DNA of 64,000 nt. It comes from Rhina ancylostomus (Eukaryota). This document shows, one piece after another, positions 1 to 13,798 of this stretch. The position numbers and the translations under genes are program-made. The stretch's first letter is position 1, and each line of letters begins with the position of its first letter. Location: assembly GCA_030265395.1 (NCBI GenBank), contig JARFYF010000054.1:23046169-23110168 (forward strand), in the 5' to 3' direction. Below the pieces are notes generated by a model. That model searched no databases and was not told the DNA's origin. It saw nothing but the letters and a program-made list of their open reading frames with translations.

Positions 1-914
1 GTAAAGGGGCTTTGAGACAATCTGAAATCAGGAAAACGCTGTAAATACAGGTCTGTCATATGGTCTCTTCAGAAAATTTGTTTGTCACTTTGTGGTCAGT
101 TTTTTACTGAAGACTATGAGACCTAGAAAGCTAGGTTGAGAATATCTAAACCAACTCTTGTGACATTAATGGAAGGTGACTTTAAGACCATTTGGTATGG
201 GTTGGATATGAACCTTATACAGCATTATACCATTTCACTTTCAGAACAATATTAAAATGTTCTCTCAAAATAACAGTGAAGAAATCCAAATAAAGTTGTA
301 TGCTTGGTTCACTAACGTTAGCCAGTCACCACGAGTATTTGTACACTTTGGTTATGGAGAGTGAGTCAAGTGACTGTCTGTTGACTGCATTGGTTAATGT
401 TTATTTTTGGAGTTAACTGTGCTGGTTTATGTTGGCCAAGGCTTTGGTTGAACCTTTGTGGATTGAAGAATGTGAGATATTTGTACTTTTAGTATGAAAG
501 GCTTGTGAAGGAAAGCATGTTAACCATGTTTATGTTGACAGACTGGCTCATAAATACTGTGGTTGGATCGTAAAAATATTGCATATTGATAGGAGCTGGC
601 ACCATCAATCTCTTTGCATTCCAGCTTGACTGAATGCTGAATTGAGGAATACCATGTGGGAGGTTTTCCTCACTCGTTAATGTTATTTTGCCAATTTCAT
701 GCCTTCTCTTCCGCCTCCAAACATTTTAATTCCTCATGGTTTATAAAGTGGAAATATCCTCTGTTATCCCAATAGCCATGATTTACATGAGTATGAAAGA
801 CCACTTTAATGTTTGCTCTGTAAGTCCCTGGTTCACTCTTTCACCTCAACCAATCACTCCCCTTCTCACAGAACTTTCCATGCAACTGATGGTGATGCAA
901 CATTTGTGCTTTTG

Positions 915-1575
915 TCCCTTTCTCATCATCCAGGGCCCTAAACATCCTTTCCTGGTGAAGCAGCAATTCACTTGCACTTTTCTTCAATTTCGTATGTTGC
1001 ATTCAGTGTGTACGATATGGTTTCTTCTGCATTGGAGAAACCAATTGCAGATCAATTGACTGCTTTGCAGAGTACTTCAGTTCAGTCCACATGGTTGACC
1101 CTGAGCTTCAAGTTGTCTGCCACTTTAATTCTCCATCTCATTCCTCTCTTGTTCTGTCTTCCAAGCAATCCTACACTGCTCCAGTAACACCCAATGTAAG
1201 CCTAAGGAGCACTTCATGTTTCATCTGAAGACATTACAGTCTTCAAATCTAACAATTCCAGGAAATTTGTGGCTTGACTTCTATATTTCAATTTGCTTCC
1301 TCATTTCTCTTCTGCCTGTAATTTCCTATTTTTAAAGAAATTGTTACCTTGATAACACTACACCAATTAAAGACATTGCCTCACACTTGTCACTCTACCC
1401 ATCTGCTTTCTGCAACTTTAAATGTGGTTCTTTTCTCACTTTTCTAGTTTTGACAAAGAACCATTGATCTGAAACATTAACTCTGCCTCTCTCTCTGTTG
1501 ATGCTGTTTGACCCACCAAGTGCTTCCAACATTTACTGTTTCAGGTTTCCAACATCTGCTGTATTTTTGCTTCAT
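915..1575 (+). mobile_element. Decayed Penelope-like retroelement (GIY-YIG endonuclease region plus terminal repeat)
   Basis: Frameshifted IIQGPKHPFLVKQQFTC...GET..R..DCFAEY..SV...HFNSPSHS, resembling chondrichthyan PLE GIY-YIG C-termini, followed by the gaaacattaactctg...gatgctg terminal motif. Confidence 0.6.
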
Positions 1576-4500
1576 TAAGCATTACTGCCACTGCTGCTGT
1601 CAGGAACCTCACTTGAGCCTCTGCTCTCCCCACTGCTGTGAGCTGTTTGCTGGGAACCTGGTTGTGGTTCCCTGGTCTGCCCGTGCAAGCAGCCTCTGTG
1701 CATTGCCTTGATGGCTCACTGCACACCAAACCTTGCGGTGATGAGATCTCCATTCCCTTGCTGTGGGAGTATCAGCAGAGGGTGTAGGTTCACGCCAGGT
1801 TCCTGGTACAGCAGCATACAGCCTGAGCAGATGTCTTCTTTTAAAGTTCAGGGGCGTATGTACCTGACTCCAGGACCAAGCTCGCTATAACGAATCAGTG
1901 CTCTGCAGGATAGCACTGAAGAGGGGTACCAATGTAATTCATTACTGTTTGAGGTGCAGAGACTTTGACCCTTTCCCTTATCATTCCACACTGCATTTTT
2001 TCATTAATGGAGGGATTTTCAAGAATTACCTGGAAAGTGGACCTCTCAGCTATGCTTAAAAAGTGTTTTACACATGTTTTGAAGTATTTGTACCCTTTTC
2101 CGGCAGAAGTCCCATGCAATGTGGAACTGGACTGGGCATTTCCTTTCACAGTTCATCATAGTGCTGGTGTCATCCACTGTATTTCTTGCAGGTCCTAAGC
2201 CTATCAAGTGCACAGCACCATTGACTACTTATTGACTGAAATTGGATCAAAGTTCAACAAGGAATACGTCACATTGAAAGTGAATCATGTGGTTTAGCGA
2301 GTTTCTGCTGGGACATTGTTTTCATATCTTACAGATCCTGCCCCTGCCACCACCAGTCATTTCAATGGATTATAAATCTCTTTGTCAGGAGTCATGAACA
2401 CTGATAATTTTGGTCCACAGTTGCCTAGAGCTACGTCCCAATGCTGCCCCTGTCCGCAGTGCTTGGGACAGCCAATAACAGAGTGAAGTTTACCCTCTCC
2501 ATGGGTCAGGTGTGGCTGCCAAGGAGGAATTTCTTCAACCATGCCTCCCAGAAGGCAGCAGGGCAGATTTTTGCATCTGCCATCTATTACCATGCAAGTC
2601 AACATTCAATGCTTCTTAAAGGGTGAACATCACAATAAGATTCCTTAAAACAAGGATNNNNNNNNNNNNNNNNNNNNNNNNNNNNNNNNNNNNNNNNNNN
2701 NNNNNNNNNNNNNNNNNNNNNNNNNNNNNNNNNNNNNNNNNNNNNNNNNNNNNNNNNAATCACAATAAGATTCCTTAAAACAAGGATGCCCAAATTTCTT
2801 GATTTCTTTTTGGTGACCCCTCCCCCCACCCCACCCCCAGTTTAGAGTTATGGCAAACCCAGAGCACAGTTAGCCCCCCAAAAATCTAATTTCTAGATAA
2901 ATGTACATCCATGCACTCTAATCCCTCATTCCTCTGCCAAAGGAAGGGATTGTCCTTCATGTCTGGTCACTACCCCTAAAGAGGAATAGACACTGCCTCC
3001 TACTGGAGAAAAGCAGTATTTCTCTGATGGAATAAAATAGGTTATCCTGCACTGCAGCAACTCTGCCACTTCTTGGTTCATATTGTTGCTTTCCCTGTAG
3101 CCCAAGCTGTTTAGACAGCTGCAAACGTTGATTTGCTCTGCTGTGTAATGTGCCATTAACCAACCAAAGGGGCACTTTATTGAAAATGAAAGTAAAGGCC
3201 TTCTTAACATAAGGCTAATTTGCATATTATGCCTTCAGAGTCAGAAAGCTGACAAATTGATTCTTTGGGGATATTAAATGTGCATTATATTTATTCAAAT
3301 GAACCCTTTTGGGATACTAAATACGCATTACATGTCATTTTCTAACCCTTGAGGCCTAATTAAGTTGAGCATACGATGCATTACTTCATAATTTTAGAAT
3401 AACTGGTTTTAAAAGTTTGTCACTCTAGCTTAGGGGTAACACAAATGGCAAATAAGATAGCTTTAGTGTTGTATTTAACAGGTCTGTCACTACCAATTGC
3501 TTCTGTAGTTACATTTCATCAGTAGAGAAAATGCACTTGTGATAAGAACTTAATATATGTCGCCAGAATATTACCAATGATTGCCAATTGCAGATCTGGC
3601 ACCACTCAATACTGACATTGCCCATAGATGATACAAGCTGAAGAAAATTCAGCTGATTCTTTTTCTTTTATCTCTGGAGGAACACATTCTCTGGTCACGA
3701 AAGTTTCAAGAATTTTCCCCAAGTTCTCCAACTTCAAGTTCCTAGTCCATGTTTTTGAACAAGAAATTCATGCAGGAAGTTCTGGGAATNNNNACGTAAC
3801 TTTCAAGCTGCAGCCTACTTCATTGAATCAGTGACTGGAGAATTAATGCTAAAATTAGCAAAATGATCTGCAGAGCAAATATCAGAACACAACCCATGTG
3901 TGACCATTTCTTGGAGATTTGGTCAACTTTTGCAAAGCGAAGAGCATTAAAGTGTAATAAGAAAAATTGCAATTCAAAGAGAGAACACCCAAGGCAATTT
4001 TACTAACTGTGGGATTGTTCTGCCTGGTAACAATGTCAGCTATGAAGAAATTCCTTCAATGGGAATACAGAACTCAGAGCAGCTCCTGAGGTTTCCTACA
4101 ACTTGGAGTTTATGTGAATACATTCCTCGTGTGGAAGGTTAGCATGAGTGGTGGCACCCCCAAACTTTCTTCTCATGCATATTTTGGAACTACAATTTTC
4201 AGGAAGTTGTGAAATGTGTCACCAAATTTCACAGGTCTACTGATAGACATAACTTCATTACTTTTCAGTTTTTCCATTTTCTGTTGATATTTTACAATGT
4301 TTTTTTAAAAAATCTCTTCCCCCAGTANNNNNNNNNNNNNNNNNNNNNNNNNNNNNNNNNNNNNNNNNNNNNNNNNNNNNNNNNNNNNNNNNNNNNNNNN
4401 NNNNNNNNNNNNNNNNNNNNNNNNNNNTATTAAGGGCATTAGCCCTCTTCTGGGTATGATTGCACAGATTATAAGTTTAGACTTGGAGATCAAGGCCTGT

Positions 4501-5635
4501 ATGGTTTAACTACTCCCTGCCTGAGAGCCATTGAACCGTTAGGTGAAGTGCCACTTAGTATTAAACAATATTCCTACTGAAGTAATGAATATTCATCCCA
4601 ATACTGTCTTAAATTTAGCACAGACCAAACTTTTGCAATGTTGATTTAAACATTGCTAGTATGCAAGTAGTTTGCCAGATCGCTCAGTCAAGATAATCTG
4701 CAGAGGAAATAAGAAAGAAAAATCTGGAATAATGTACAAGTAAAATAACTTGTAAAATAAAGGTTAGATCAAATACTGTTCTTTGTTGCTGTTTTGTTTC
4801 AGGACCATATGCTTGCAAATTTCACTGGCTGATCCTATGACAAGGATTGGCCAATGATATTTACAACCACGCAAGCCCAGAGGGCTGCCTTTGTGTGCAA
4901 TTTAGTGGTGTCTGCTTGACACATTCCAACCGGCAAAGTCTGTGAGTGTCTAATTTTGTCAGCATGGACTGCAGGCCATTGGTCTTGAGGACTTGGCTGC
5001 TGATGTCATGTTAGTCCCAAGTAACAAGGATTTTTCTGTGATCGTGAAGGTGGAAGTTGTTCAGCCACTGCACTGGCTTTGAGCATGTGACCTAACTTTC
5101 ATGTCCATCATGTGTGAAAGGCCCAGGCTTGAATAGGTGGTTAGCTTGTTGCTCCAGACATGTGCAGTTAACTTTCCAAAGGTAAGAGGGGCTTTTCTGA
5201 TGTGCTTGTCATTGTCCAGGTTTACTGTGTTGACAGCATTTTGATGTAGGTGTTCAGAGAAGGATGAGCATGTTGCTAGAGGACACCCTTCTTTTTAGCT
5301 TCATGTCCTTCAGCTCAGCAAATCAGAGGTTGATTGCTCTTTTCAATCCTAGGAACACTGTGACCAATGAGGGAGAAGCAGAAGAGAGAGAATGCATTTT
5401 TGTTACACTTTCCCTGAGAACAAAGACTTGTTTCATAGATTCAACCAAACATTTTAATTTTCTTTAGTTTTTTTTTACATTTTGATCACTAGATGGCTTT
5501 CAAATACCATAAACGTGGGTTGCAAACCAAAATAGGTCATACCTGCATGTGCATACATTCATTCATCAGATTTCTATTATGAAGAGTTAATTGAAAAGAT
5601 GCATCTTATTTTTGTTCTTTCTGTTCTCTCTACAG

Positions 5636-6350
5636 TTACTGACTTCAGTGTCAGTGCACTAACAACAAATGACACCCGAGAAGCAAGAGGACCGAATATC
5701 CCCAAGATATCAGGGTTAGAACGAAGTCAGGAGAAAAGCCAGGAAGGTTCCAAAGACCAGCTGCTCGTGCTTGCCGTGACTAAGGAGCCTGCTCCCCAGG
5801 CTCAGAACCCACCTCAACCCCAGTCCCAATCCCTGCCCCAGTCCCAGTCCCTGCCCCAAACCCAGTCCCTGCCCCAAACCCAGTCCCAATCCCAATCCCA
5901 ATCCCAAATAAAACTGTGCTCTTCACTTCCTGTGCAGAACCAGCTGACACAGATTCCACCCCATTCACAGCCAAAGGCTCCACCACCATCCCAGGCTCAA
6001 GCCCAAACCCAATCACAACCCCTCCCTCCGTCCCAGCCCCTCCTTCCGTCCCAGCCCCTCCTTCCGTCCCAGCCCCTCCTTCCATCCCAGCCTCTCCTTC
6101 CATCCCAATCTGTACCTGTCCCTCAAACCCAGCCCCAGGCCCAACCCCAACCCATATCTCAGCCCCCAAATCAAGTCCAGGCTCAAACACCCCAGCACCA
6201 GCCTCAAACTCCCCAGCATCAGCCTCACCCTCAGCCACCATCTCCCGCTCAGCCAGTTCTTCAAACTCAGCTTCCATCTCGGCCAACGTCTCGTAGCCTC
6301 CCACAATCTCTCTCTGTCTACAGCAGCAGTCTGAGCCTGAATAGCATAAG
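5636..6350 (+). CDS. AUTS2: AUTS2 exon 7 (Pro/Gln-rich), 715 nt
   Basis: Acceptor ttctgttctctctacag|, donor AG|gtaaga; encodes NIPKISGLERSQEKSQ...LSVYSSSLSLNSI; phase 1 in, phase 2 out. Confidence 0.93.
5815..6240 (+). repeat. Coding tandem repeats within exon 7 (18-nt QSLPQ(S/T) and PSQPLL units, QS dipeptides, 21-nt QTPQHQP units)
   Basis: cccagtccctgccccaaa-like x3; cccagcccctccttccgt-like x4; QTPQHQP x2. Confidence 0.9.
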
Positions 6351-6759
6351 GTAAGAACTTGAAATTGTTTTTAACACTTTGTATGTGCTCTGAAGATACT
6401 GAAATTCCCCTGAAAAGCTGTAACAACCAAATGTACTGATTTCCAACTTCAACTCACCTCATACTCAGTTTAGTTGAAATGAATGAATGAATTCAGCAGT
6501 ATGTGCTGTGTGAATATTCCAGTGTGAGGTAATCACATTTGATATGATCGTACATGTTGCACAAGTGAGGAAAATGTTACTTCAGATATAAATTTTGTAC
6601 CATATAAAAATATTGACATGAACCGTGATGAAAACAGAAAGCTGTCTTAAAAACAGGCAGCGGTAACCAGGACTAGTGCATATTGGATACAAAACACATA
6701 ATTTGTAGTACTCGATGAATACTTCCCCAGTCTTCTCAAATGAGACAATGCTGTCATTA

Positions 6760-7230
6760 TATTAAGGAGAAGTGTGAAATATTGGAAGGAATATAAATAG
6801 AGAAGAAATATTTGAAAGGTGCTTTTGAAAATAAATAAACCATCAGTCTTGCATGAAACACACCCCAGATTGCTTAAAATATAAGGAAGGAAATGTCAGA
6901 GGCTCTGACCATCATCTTTCAGTCCTGTCCAGTTGCAAGCAAGGTACTGAGTGGAAATATTAAGCAAATCAGGCAGCATCTGTGGAGGGAGAAACAGAGA
7001 TAATGTTTCTGGATGGTGACCTTTCACCAGAACCTTCCATCAGTACATCTGTTCAACAGAACGGGTTTTTATTTGACTTGTGGAGCTCTGTGAGACCCCA
7101 TGCTGGGTCCCTTACTTTGATAAATAATTTATTCTTAAATATAATGGATTTATCCTTAAATTCATGGGTGATAGACAATTTAGCCAGAGTAGAAGTTTGT
7201 TCAACCAATTCCTCCGCAAAAATGGTGCTG
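6760..7230 (+). mobile_element. Degenerate CR1 LINE ORF2 fragment with an inserted PLE-type terminal repeat (~6965-7035)
   Basis: Frameshifted remnant resembling HPRLLK...EALTIIFQS; aggcagcatctgtggagggagaaacagag motif. Confidence 0.4.
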
Positions 7231-8379
7231 TGCTTTTGAAAATAAAGTTAACCCGAAGTCTAGCAATTTTGCCACATTTCGGTGTGCCTGTCATTCATCA
7301 ACTTATTGTCTGGTGGGATTTTCATTCTCCCAAGCACTTCTTTTTCCAGTGTAAAACTGCAGAGAAACATGCAAAATTCATCTGCAGTCTCACTGGTCTG
7401 AAAAATAACTTCTCTTATTTACTCAGAGAATAGCCAAGTTTTACAGGCCCCATTTCCCTGAACCTGCTATTTAAAGAGGCAGCCCTCAAAATTGTAATTT
7501 TTTTGTAAACCAAGATCCCTATCTTTTTTGACCTCAAATACAACTTCACACATGTGCCTTGACTGTTTTGCCTAAGGAGATGAAGACAACAGTGGTGATC
7601 ATCTTCCAAGCCTCAGGTTCATTCCAGGTTTTTGCCGATTGTTTCTACCACAACTCACTGCCACATTGGGAAAGTCATCCATACTTCATCTACTTTTCCT
7701 TCAGCCTATGGGTGCAGATGCAGTGACACAGACACTTACCTGCTACACAGGCTTCCCCAAAGTGCAGGCACTCAGATAGAGCGTTCATGTCCTTACTGAC
7801 TTCTTCCTGGCAACTTCCTGCCTGGAGTGTTCCTGTGGCCTTAGTCAAAAAGAACATGACTTGGTACACTTTTCTACCAGCCTGTCCAAATCTCCGTGAA
7901 TCCCTTCCCTCAATACAGCATCCGTTCATTAAATGGCATCACTTCCAGTTGCTGGAAGAGTGTTGCTTGAACAGCAAAGATGCTGGAGGGATGCAGCGGG
8001 TCAGGCAGCATCCGTGGAAGGGAATGGATTGTCTATGTTTTGGGTCAAGACCCCACTGGGTTCCTCCAGAATCTTGTGTGTTGCTCCATATTCCAGAATC
8101 TGCAGTCTCTTATGTCTCCAAGTGCTGCTTGGATTTAAGAGCTGGCTTCAGAGATCATAGCTGCTCTGCTGCGTGCTGAGGGCTGTGAGAACTTGCAACA
8201 CATCAGAAGGGAGGGTCATTGTAGAAAGCAACAAATCCAGTGTCAATGCAGCACTACATGGGGAAACCTGGCAATGCTGTTCTGTGAACTTCGTAATTGG
8301 CTTTCTTGCTCTATGCAACTCAAAGACAGCATTAGAATGATACTATACTGCTTAATGCCTCTTAATTTTCTAGTCTGGT

Positions 8380-8800
8380 GCCAACCCAACATTACCACTA
8401 CTGTTTGGGGTCTATCTACATCTCCCACTATTGTTTTCTTCCCCTTAGTATTACTTTGCTCTACCCAAAGTGACTCCATGTCACCCAAGCTCATATCCTT
8501 CCTCACGACTGAATTACTCTCTTTAACCAACAACACTATCCAACTTCCCTTTCCTGTAGTCTGACATTCCTAAATATTGGATAGCCCTGGATATTCGGTT
8601 CTCATTCTTGGTTCCCCTGTAGCCATGTCCATGTAATCTCAACTATATCATACCCATTTGCATCTATTTGCATGATTAATTTATTTGCATTATTGCAAAT
8701 GCTGTCCGCGTTATGACACACAGTATTTACACTTGACTTCTAACATTATTTTGCACTGCAGCCTTCTTTGTTCTTGCCCTTGTTTTCTCCATCTTCCATT
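8380..8800 (-). mobile_element. CR1 LINE ORF2 APE-endonuclease remnant
   Basis: Minus strand ...GYDIVEITWTWLQG..NIQGY... and LLVKESNSVVRKD...ESLWVEQSNTKGKKTIVGDVDRP. Confidence 0.7.
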
Positions 8801-8990
8801 TTTTGCCTCCTGTCCTTTGTTTCTATCCTCCTTTCCCTTTCTTCTGTCTCCCTGTACGCGATCCCATTCCCCTGCCACCTTTGCTCAAACTGTCACCGAT
8901 GGCACGGGCAAACAGTCCCCTGACCACATTGGGCCTGGTCCTCCCTGTTCTACGATCTCTGATGCCAGTAGGAAAGACGGGNNNNNNNNN

Positions 8991-9400
8991 TAAGGAGGTA
9001 TACTCTCATGTGGCCAAAAGTAGGGCGCTACATAGTTCTGATTATCACATTACAGGAAAGATGTAATTGTACTTGACAAGTAGTCAGGAGACATGATGAT
9101 GTGGCAATGGCTTGAGAATTATAGCAACGAGGAAAAATTGGTTAGGCTGGCATTGTTTCCTTTGTAAAGTAGGTGGCTTGAAGAGCAACTTTATTGAGGT
9201 TTATGACAAGAAGAAGGTTTGTAACCCTTGGAAGTCAACAACCAGGGGTGTTGATGTAAATTACTTAGTGGATGTGTCAGAAGGGAAGTGGGGAGAACTC
9301 CTTTCACCCGAAGGGTGTTTGTCCTTGGAATATAAACAATAGCACTAGCAGAATATTTCATTGAATTTATAGAATACTTGGATGTGGACTTTAAGTGCCA
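8991..9400 (+). mobile_element. Degenerate CR1 LINE 3' fragment
   Basis: Remnants of P.YRKDV..L and LKSNFIEVY motifs. Confidence 0.45.
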
Positions 9401-10094
9401 TAATCTGCAAGCCTTTTCTGGCTAGAATGAGTACAGTGGGGCAAAAGGCCTCAAAAGAAATAATTTGCTCTATATGTGCCATTTTGCCACCTTAAGTATA
9501 ATTCATAATTGGACTTTGCTGCTTGATGGGCAATACTTGAACAACTTGACTCCCCAGTTCTGTCCTCTCGAATCTCTGGAGTTTTATTTCAAGAGAGCAG
9601 CCTCCATATGTGGCCAGCTGCTTTTGGCTGGTAGTGAAAGACATCGTAACCCAAGCCTGATCCAAACACCCACATACTCTTTAGCAGGTCTCACTGATAG
9701 CAATCAGGAGTGGGAAATCTGGCTGAGGAGGGCAGTGTGGATTTGACCTTGGCATCCTCTTGAACCTCCATTTGGTTACCATTCTCTGCAGGCTATGTTC
9801 ACAAGTCCCCATGAAATGCAACATTGTACCTCTGATTTTACAGTAATTTACAGTAAATTACAGGAATTTACAGTACCTCTGATTTAAAGAATTATTTAAC
9901 AATGCAGGAATGTGTGTTGGGGGAGAAGAGTCTCATTCTTTACTCATGTGTGACAGGGATTAAAACGTTGCAGGATCAAGAAATCATAAATGCGAATACC
10001 AATATTACCTGTGCCAGTGTGAGTGGAGATTGTCCATGATGCTTGTTTATGGATGTGATTTGTGCTCTTTGTTTCTCTCCCTCTGTTTTCTCAG

Positions 10095-10348
10095 CAGCAG
10101 CAGAAGCAGCACTCCAGTCAAGCCTCAGGCCCCTCCAGCGCACATCTCCCACCATCCTTCTACTCCAAGCTTTTCCTTGCCTTTGGGGGCCCACAGTACT
10201 TCACATACCTTCACACCTAGTCTGCAGCCTGCAAACCATTCACATCATCCCACCATGTTTGCCCCACACACAGCTCTGCCACCACCTCCTCCACTGACAT
10301 CAAGTGCACTTCAGGTTCCAGGACATCCTGCTGGAGCTGGGTATTCTG
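10095..10348 (+). CDS. AUTS2: AUTS2 exon 8, 254 nt
   Basis: Acceptor ctctgttttctcag|, donor G|gtgagt; [23 protein letters not shown]...[32 protein letters not shown]. Confidence 0.95.
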
Positions 10349-13300
10349 GTGAGTGACATTCTGCCTAGTGGTCACAGTTCAACAGTGCTGATGCTTTGAA
10401 ACCTGGAACATTACTCCCTATTTCTGGATGTTTTTCATTCAAATTCCATTTGTGTCATTACAATCTGTAAACTCCCAAACAAATGAACAGAGAAGTCAAA
10501 AACAATTATCTAAGTATTGGGTAGTTCAAGAATAGATACTGTGCAGTCTTACCCTTAGTATATAAATTCACCACATTTTTAGAACACAAGTTGTATGTTT
10601 TTCTGAGTCAGTGGCAGCCTTTAAGAATTTGTTACCTTTCCATGACTGATTACTTCATTTTGAAATACAATTGATATGAATTTGTTGATCTGTCAGTCAA
10701 AATGCGGAAACTTAGAAAAGTTTCTAAAGCTTATTACTAATGAAAATTGTGGCATGTGTTTGTCCATTCCAATAATAGATGATCTTGAATTTGCTGTTCG
10801 AGGATGAGGAATATTTTACTCATTTGGTCTGACATCCTGAGTTTTATGAAGGTTGATATTTGTACAAAGTTGTCCAAAGGTTGTACGTTTAAAAGCAAGC
10901 AAATTCAGCCTTCCAGAAGCAAGCATTTTGTTGCTGCGTGCTAGGCAGTCCACTTGAATCTTTCCTCTTACTTGCAGGGAGTATTGTGCTCCAATTTAGT
11001 GCTGACAAAATCCAGCTTGAAACTTGAATGCAGATCCATTGCCTGACTTCCATACCTGGAATTCTGTGTTAAACACAGGATATGTCTTGCTAGGTGAAGA
11101 TCAGTACATCGAGGTAATGTGCCATTGGTCATTTCAGCAGTACAAATGGGAAGAATTCCTTTGTGGCAAATCAGACTATGCTGTCCTGAATAATCAGGTA
11201 TACATGACATGGCAAGGGGCACTTCCTTGTGTTCAGCAACGGTTGCCTTGCGTGTGAGATAAATCTTCTGCAGCTGTTTTAATTGTCTGTGCCAGGGAAC
11301 CAAAAGTTGGTTTTAAGGATACCTTTTGAGTTTCATGGGTGCCACTGACAGGGGCAATTGCTTGGAGCTGGGGCTGTCAGTTGGGAAATCAAGACAGGTT
11401 AGGGTCTGAAGGATTGTTTGAAATAGCTGTTTAAGAGAGAAAGGACAGCTAATAAAGTAAAGCTAACACACAAGAAGGGAAGCTGGATGGTGATCCAGTG
11501 GGAATGGATTGAAGGGAATGGGAAATTGATGTTGTAAACCAGATAAACTCAGAAAGAGCATAAAGGAAAAACTTAAGGAGACAGATTGCCACCTGGGGTT
11601 CTGGGGAGGCTGGAGTGGTTGTTTATTTTGATGGACACTTAACACAGAAAAGGGAGGAACCAGCTGACATTTTGCTTTCTGCTCACAACTAAAAAGCCTA
11701 TCAGTTCCATGTGCAGATTTTTTGGAGGTGAGAGTGAAAGGCACAGGGCAGAGGAGTTCAGGAGACAATTTGTGGCCAAGAGAAGCATGGCATGATGTGG
11801 TCTCCAGGATGGTCCTGAGTGTTGATAGTTTTGGTAAAGAAAGGGTGACATCTGATAGTGATTGATGTGATGTGGCCAAGACTGCATAGAAAACTTAGTT
11901 TTTATCCAAGCCAGTAATTCATGATCTTCAGCTGTAAGTTGAAGATTTGGACTATGCCAGGAAAAATGGAGCAAAAGATGTGATATTTTAACACCATAAA
12001 TTGTTAACCATTATGATATAGATAGGTCCTCGTTGGAGGAATACTGAAGTACTCTTCCTATTGAAATAATGGTTTAAGTTAACTTTCTGTAAAAGACCTC
12101 TGTGGTGTGCATTTGATATAATGAGATCTGATTGGGAATATCAGGTGTCCAGGTCTAACTTTGAGGAAACGCATGATCTGTTTATCTCTGCAAAGTTTCA
12201 GTCAGGATTGACACACAATGTCAGTTGTGAGAAATAACTTGGGGTGTTTCTTGGGGATCAATTTGACCATTTGGGAGTTTTCAGCTTGGTAACAGTTCCT
12301 CAGGACCTAGGACCATTTTGCATTTTTCAGATAATCCATTATTTTTCTGACTGGTAGCTTTAATTTCATCCCCAGCAAAAGTGACCTCTTCTGCCAAGCA
12401 ACAGATTTGCCATTCTTTAGTTTAAACTACATGTCTTCCAATGTACCCAAACTAACAGACACTGAAGAGAATTCAATGCCAATTGTATGCAAAGGTGTTA
12501 ATATATTGATGCTACATAATTCTGAGGGGAGATTAGCGGTTTGTATTACCCTAACGTAAACAACTGCGCTGTTCTTTCATAACAGTGTCAGCTGAGAATG
12601 CTTGCTTTTCACTCTCAGTGTGAGTGAAGCATTAACCAAGCTTTGAAAGAAATATCTTCATATCAATTAACTGCATCTATATTTGAAGCTTCAGTCAAAG
12701 CTCAGAACCAACAATTTAGGAGCTGGAGTTTTCCGGAGTATTCCATAAATTAGATTGAGATAACATCACCATCTGCATGTAGCTTGTCGGATTGATGTCC
12801 TGATCTTATTTGGTGACTAAAAATGCATCATGTTCTCAGCAGGTTAGACAAGGCCCTGCAGGACACTTTGCTGCTTTGACTGGGTGTAATTTACTGACAG
12901 TGTTGCTGGGCCTCCAAAGTTCATCATGTTTCCTTCTGCAGAGATCTACAATAGGATGACCAGCAGCACTTGGAGAATGATATTAATTCCTGAGTATTCG
13001 GTCTTATGCCCTCTACTATGCATTCGCCAGAATGGATGGCATTTTTACTTCAGCAGTAATACACACAGCATTTCAGTTGACCCAGGCTGAACTGCTTTTG
13101 TTATGTTGTGAAGCAGTTTCTTCCAACATTCATTGGATTGATGAAGATCTATTGATTGGTTTTCACGATTAGTTCAAGTGCTTTGACCAGTTCTAAAGTT
13201 CTATGAGATTTTACGATAATGCAAAATGCTGTTTTATATTTCCCACTTGCATCCAAATATTTTGCAGATTGTTGACTTAAGTATGCCCAGAAAGCATCAA

Positions 13301-13553
13301 CCCATTTATTTTTGTGCTCTTGACCCCCAATGAAAGTATTATACCTTTGTTAGTCATGTTTTGCTTTCACCAAATTGGGGTAATTGAAAAACGGTTTATA
13401 ATAAACAAGGATCTTCTGTGCATTCTAGATGTTGTACTGTTTTATTTNNNNNNNNNNNNNNNNNNNNNNNNNNNNNNNNNNNNNNNNNNNNNNNNNNNNN
13501 NNNNNNNNNNNNNNNNNNNNNNNNNNNNNNNNNNNNNNNNNNNNNNNNNNNNN

Positions 13554-13798
<245 letters not shown>

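Noticed and set aside
2629-2787. atcacaataagattccttaaaacaaggat repeated on both sides of a 100-N gap (similarly atgatcaca around the 14848-14947 gap)
   Set aside because: Typical contig-end overlap left by scaffolding, not a biological repeat
5716-6426. Overlapping ORFs in other frames and antisense to exon 7 (GLGLG..., GAGTEG..., PPSVPA...)
   Set aside because: Shadows of the stop-poor coding repeats of exon 7; no independent gene evidence
9826-9886. Short tandem duplication of (t)ttacagtaa with flanking tacctctgattt
   Set aside because: Ordinary local slippage, no sign of function
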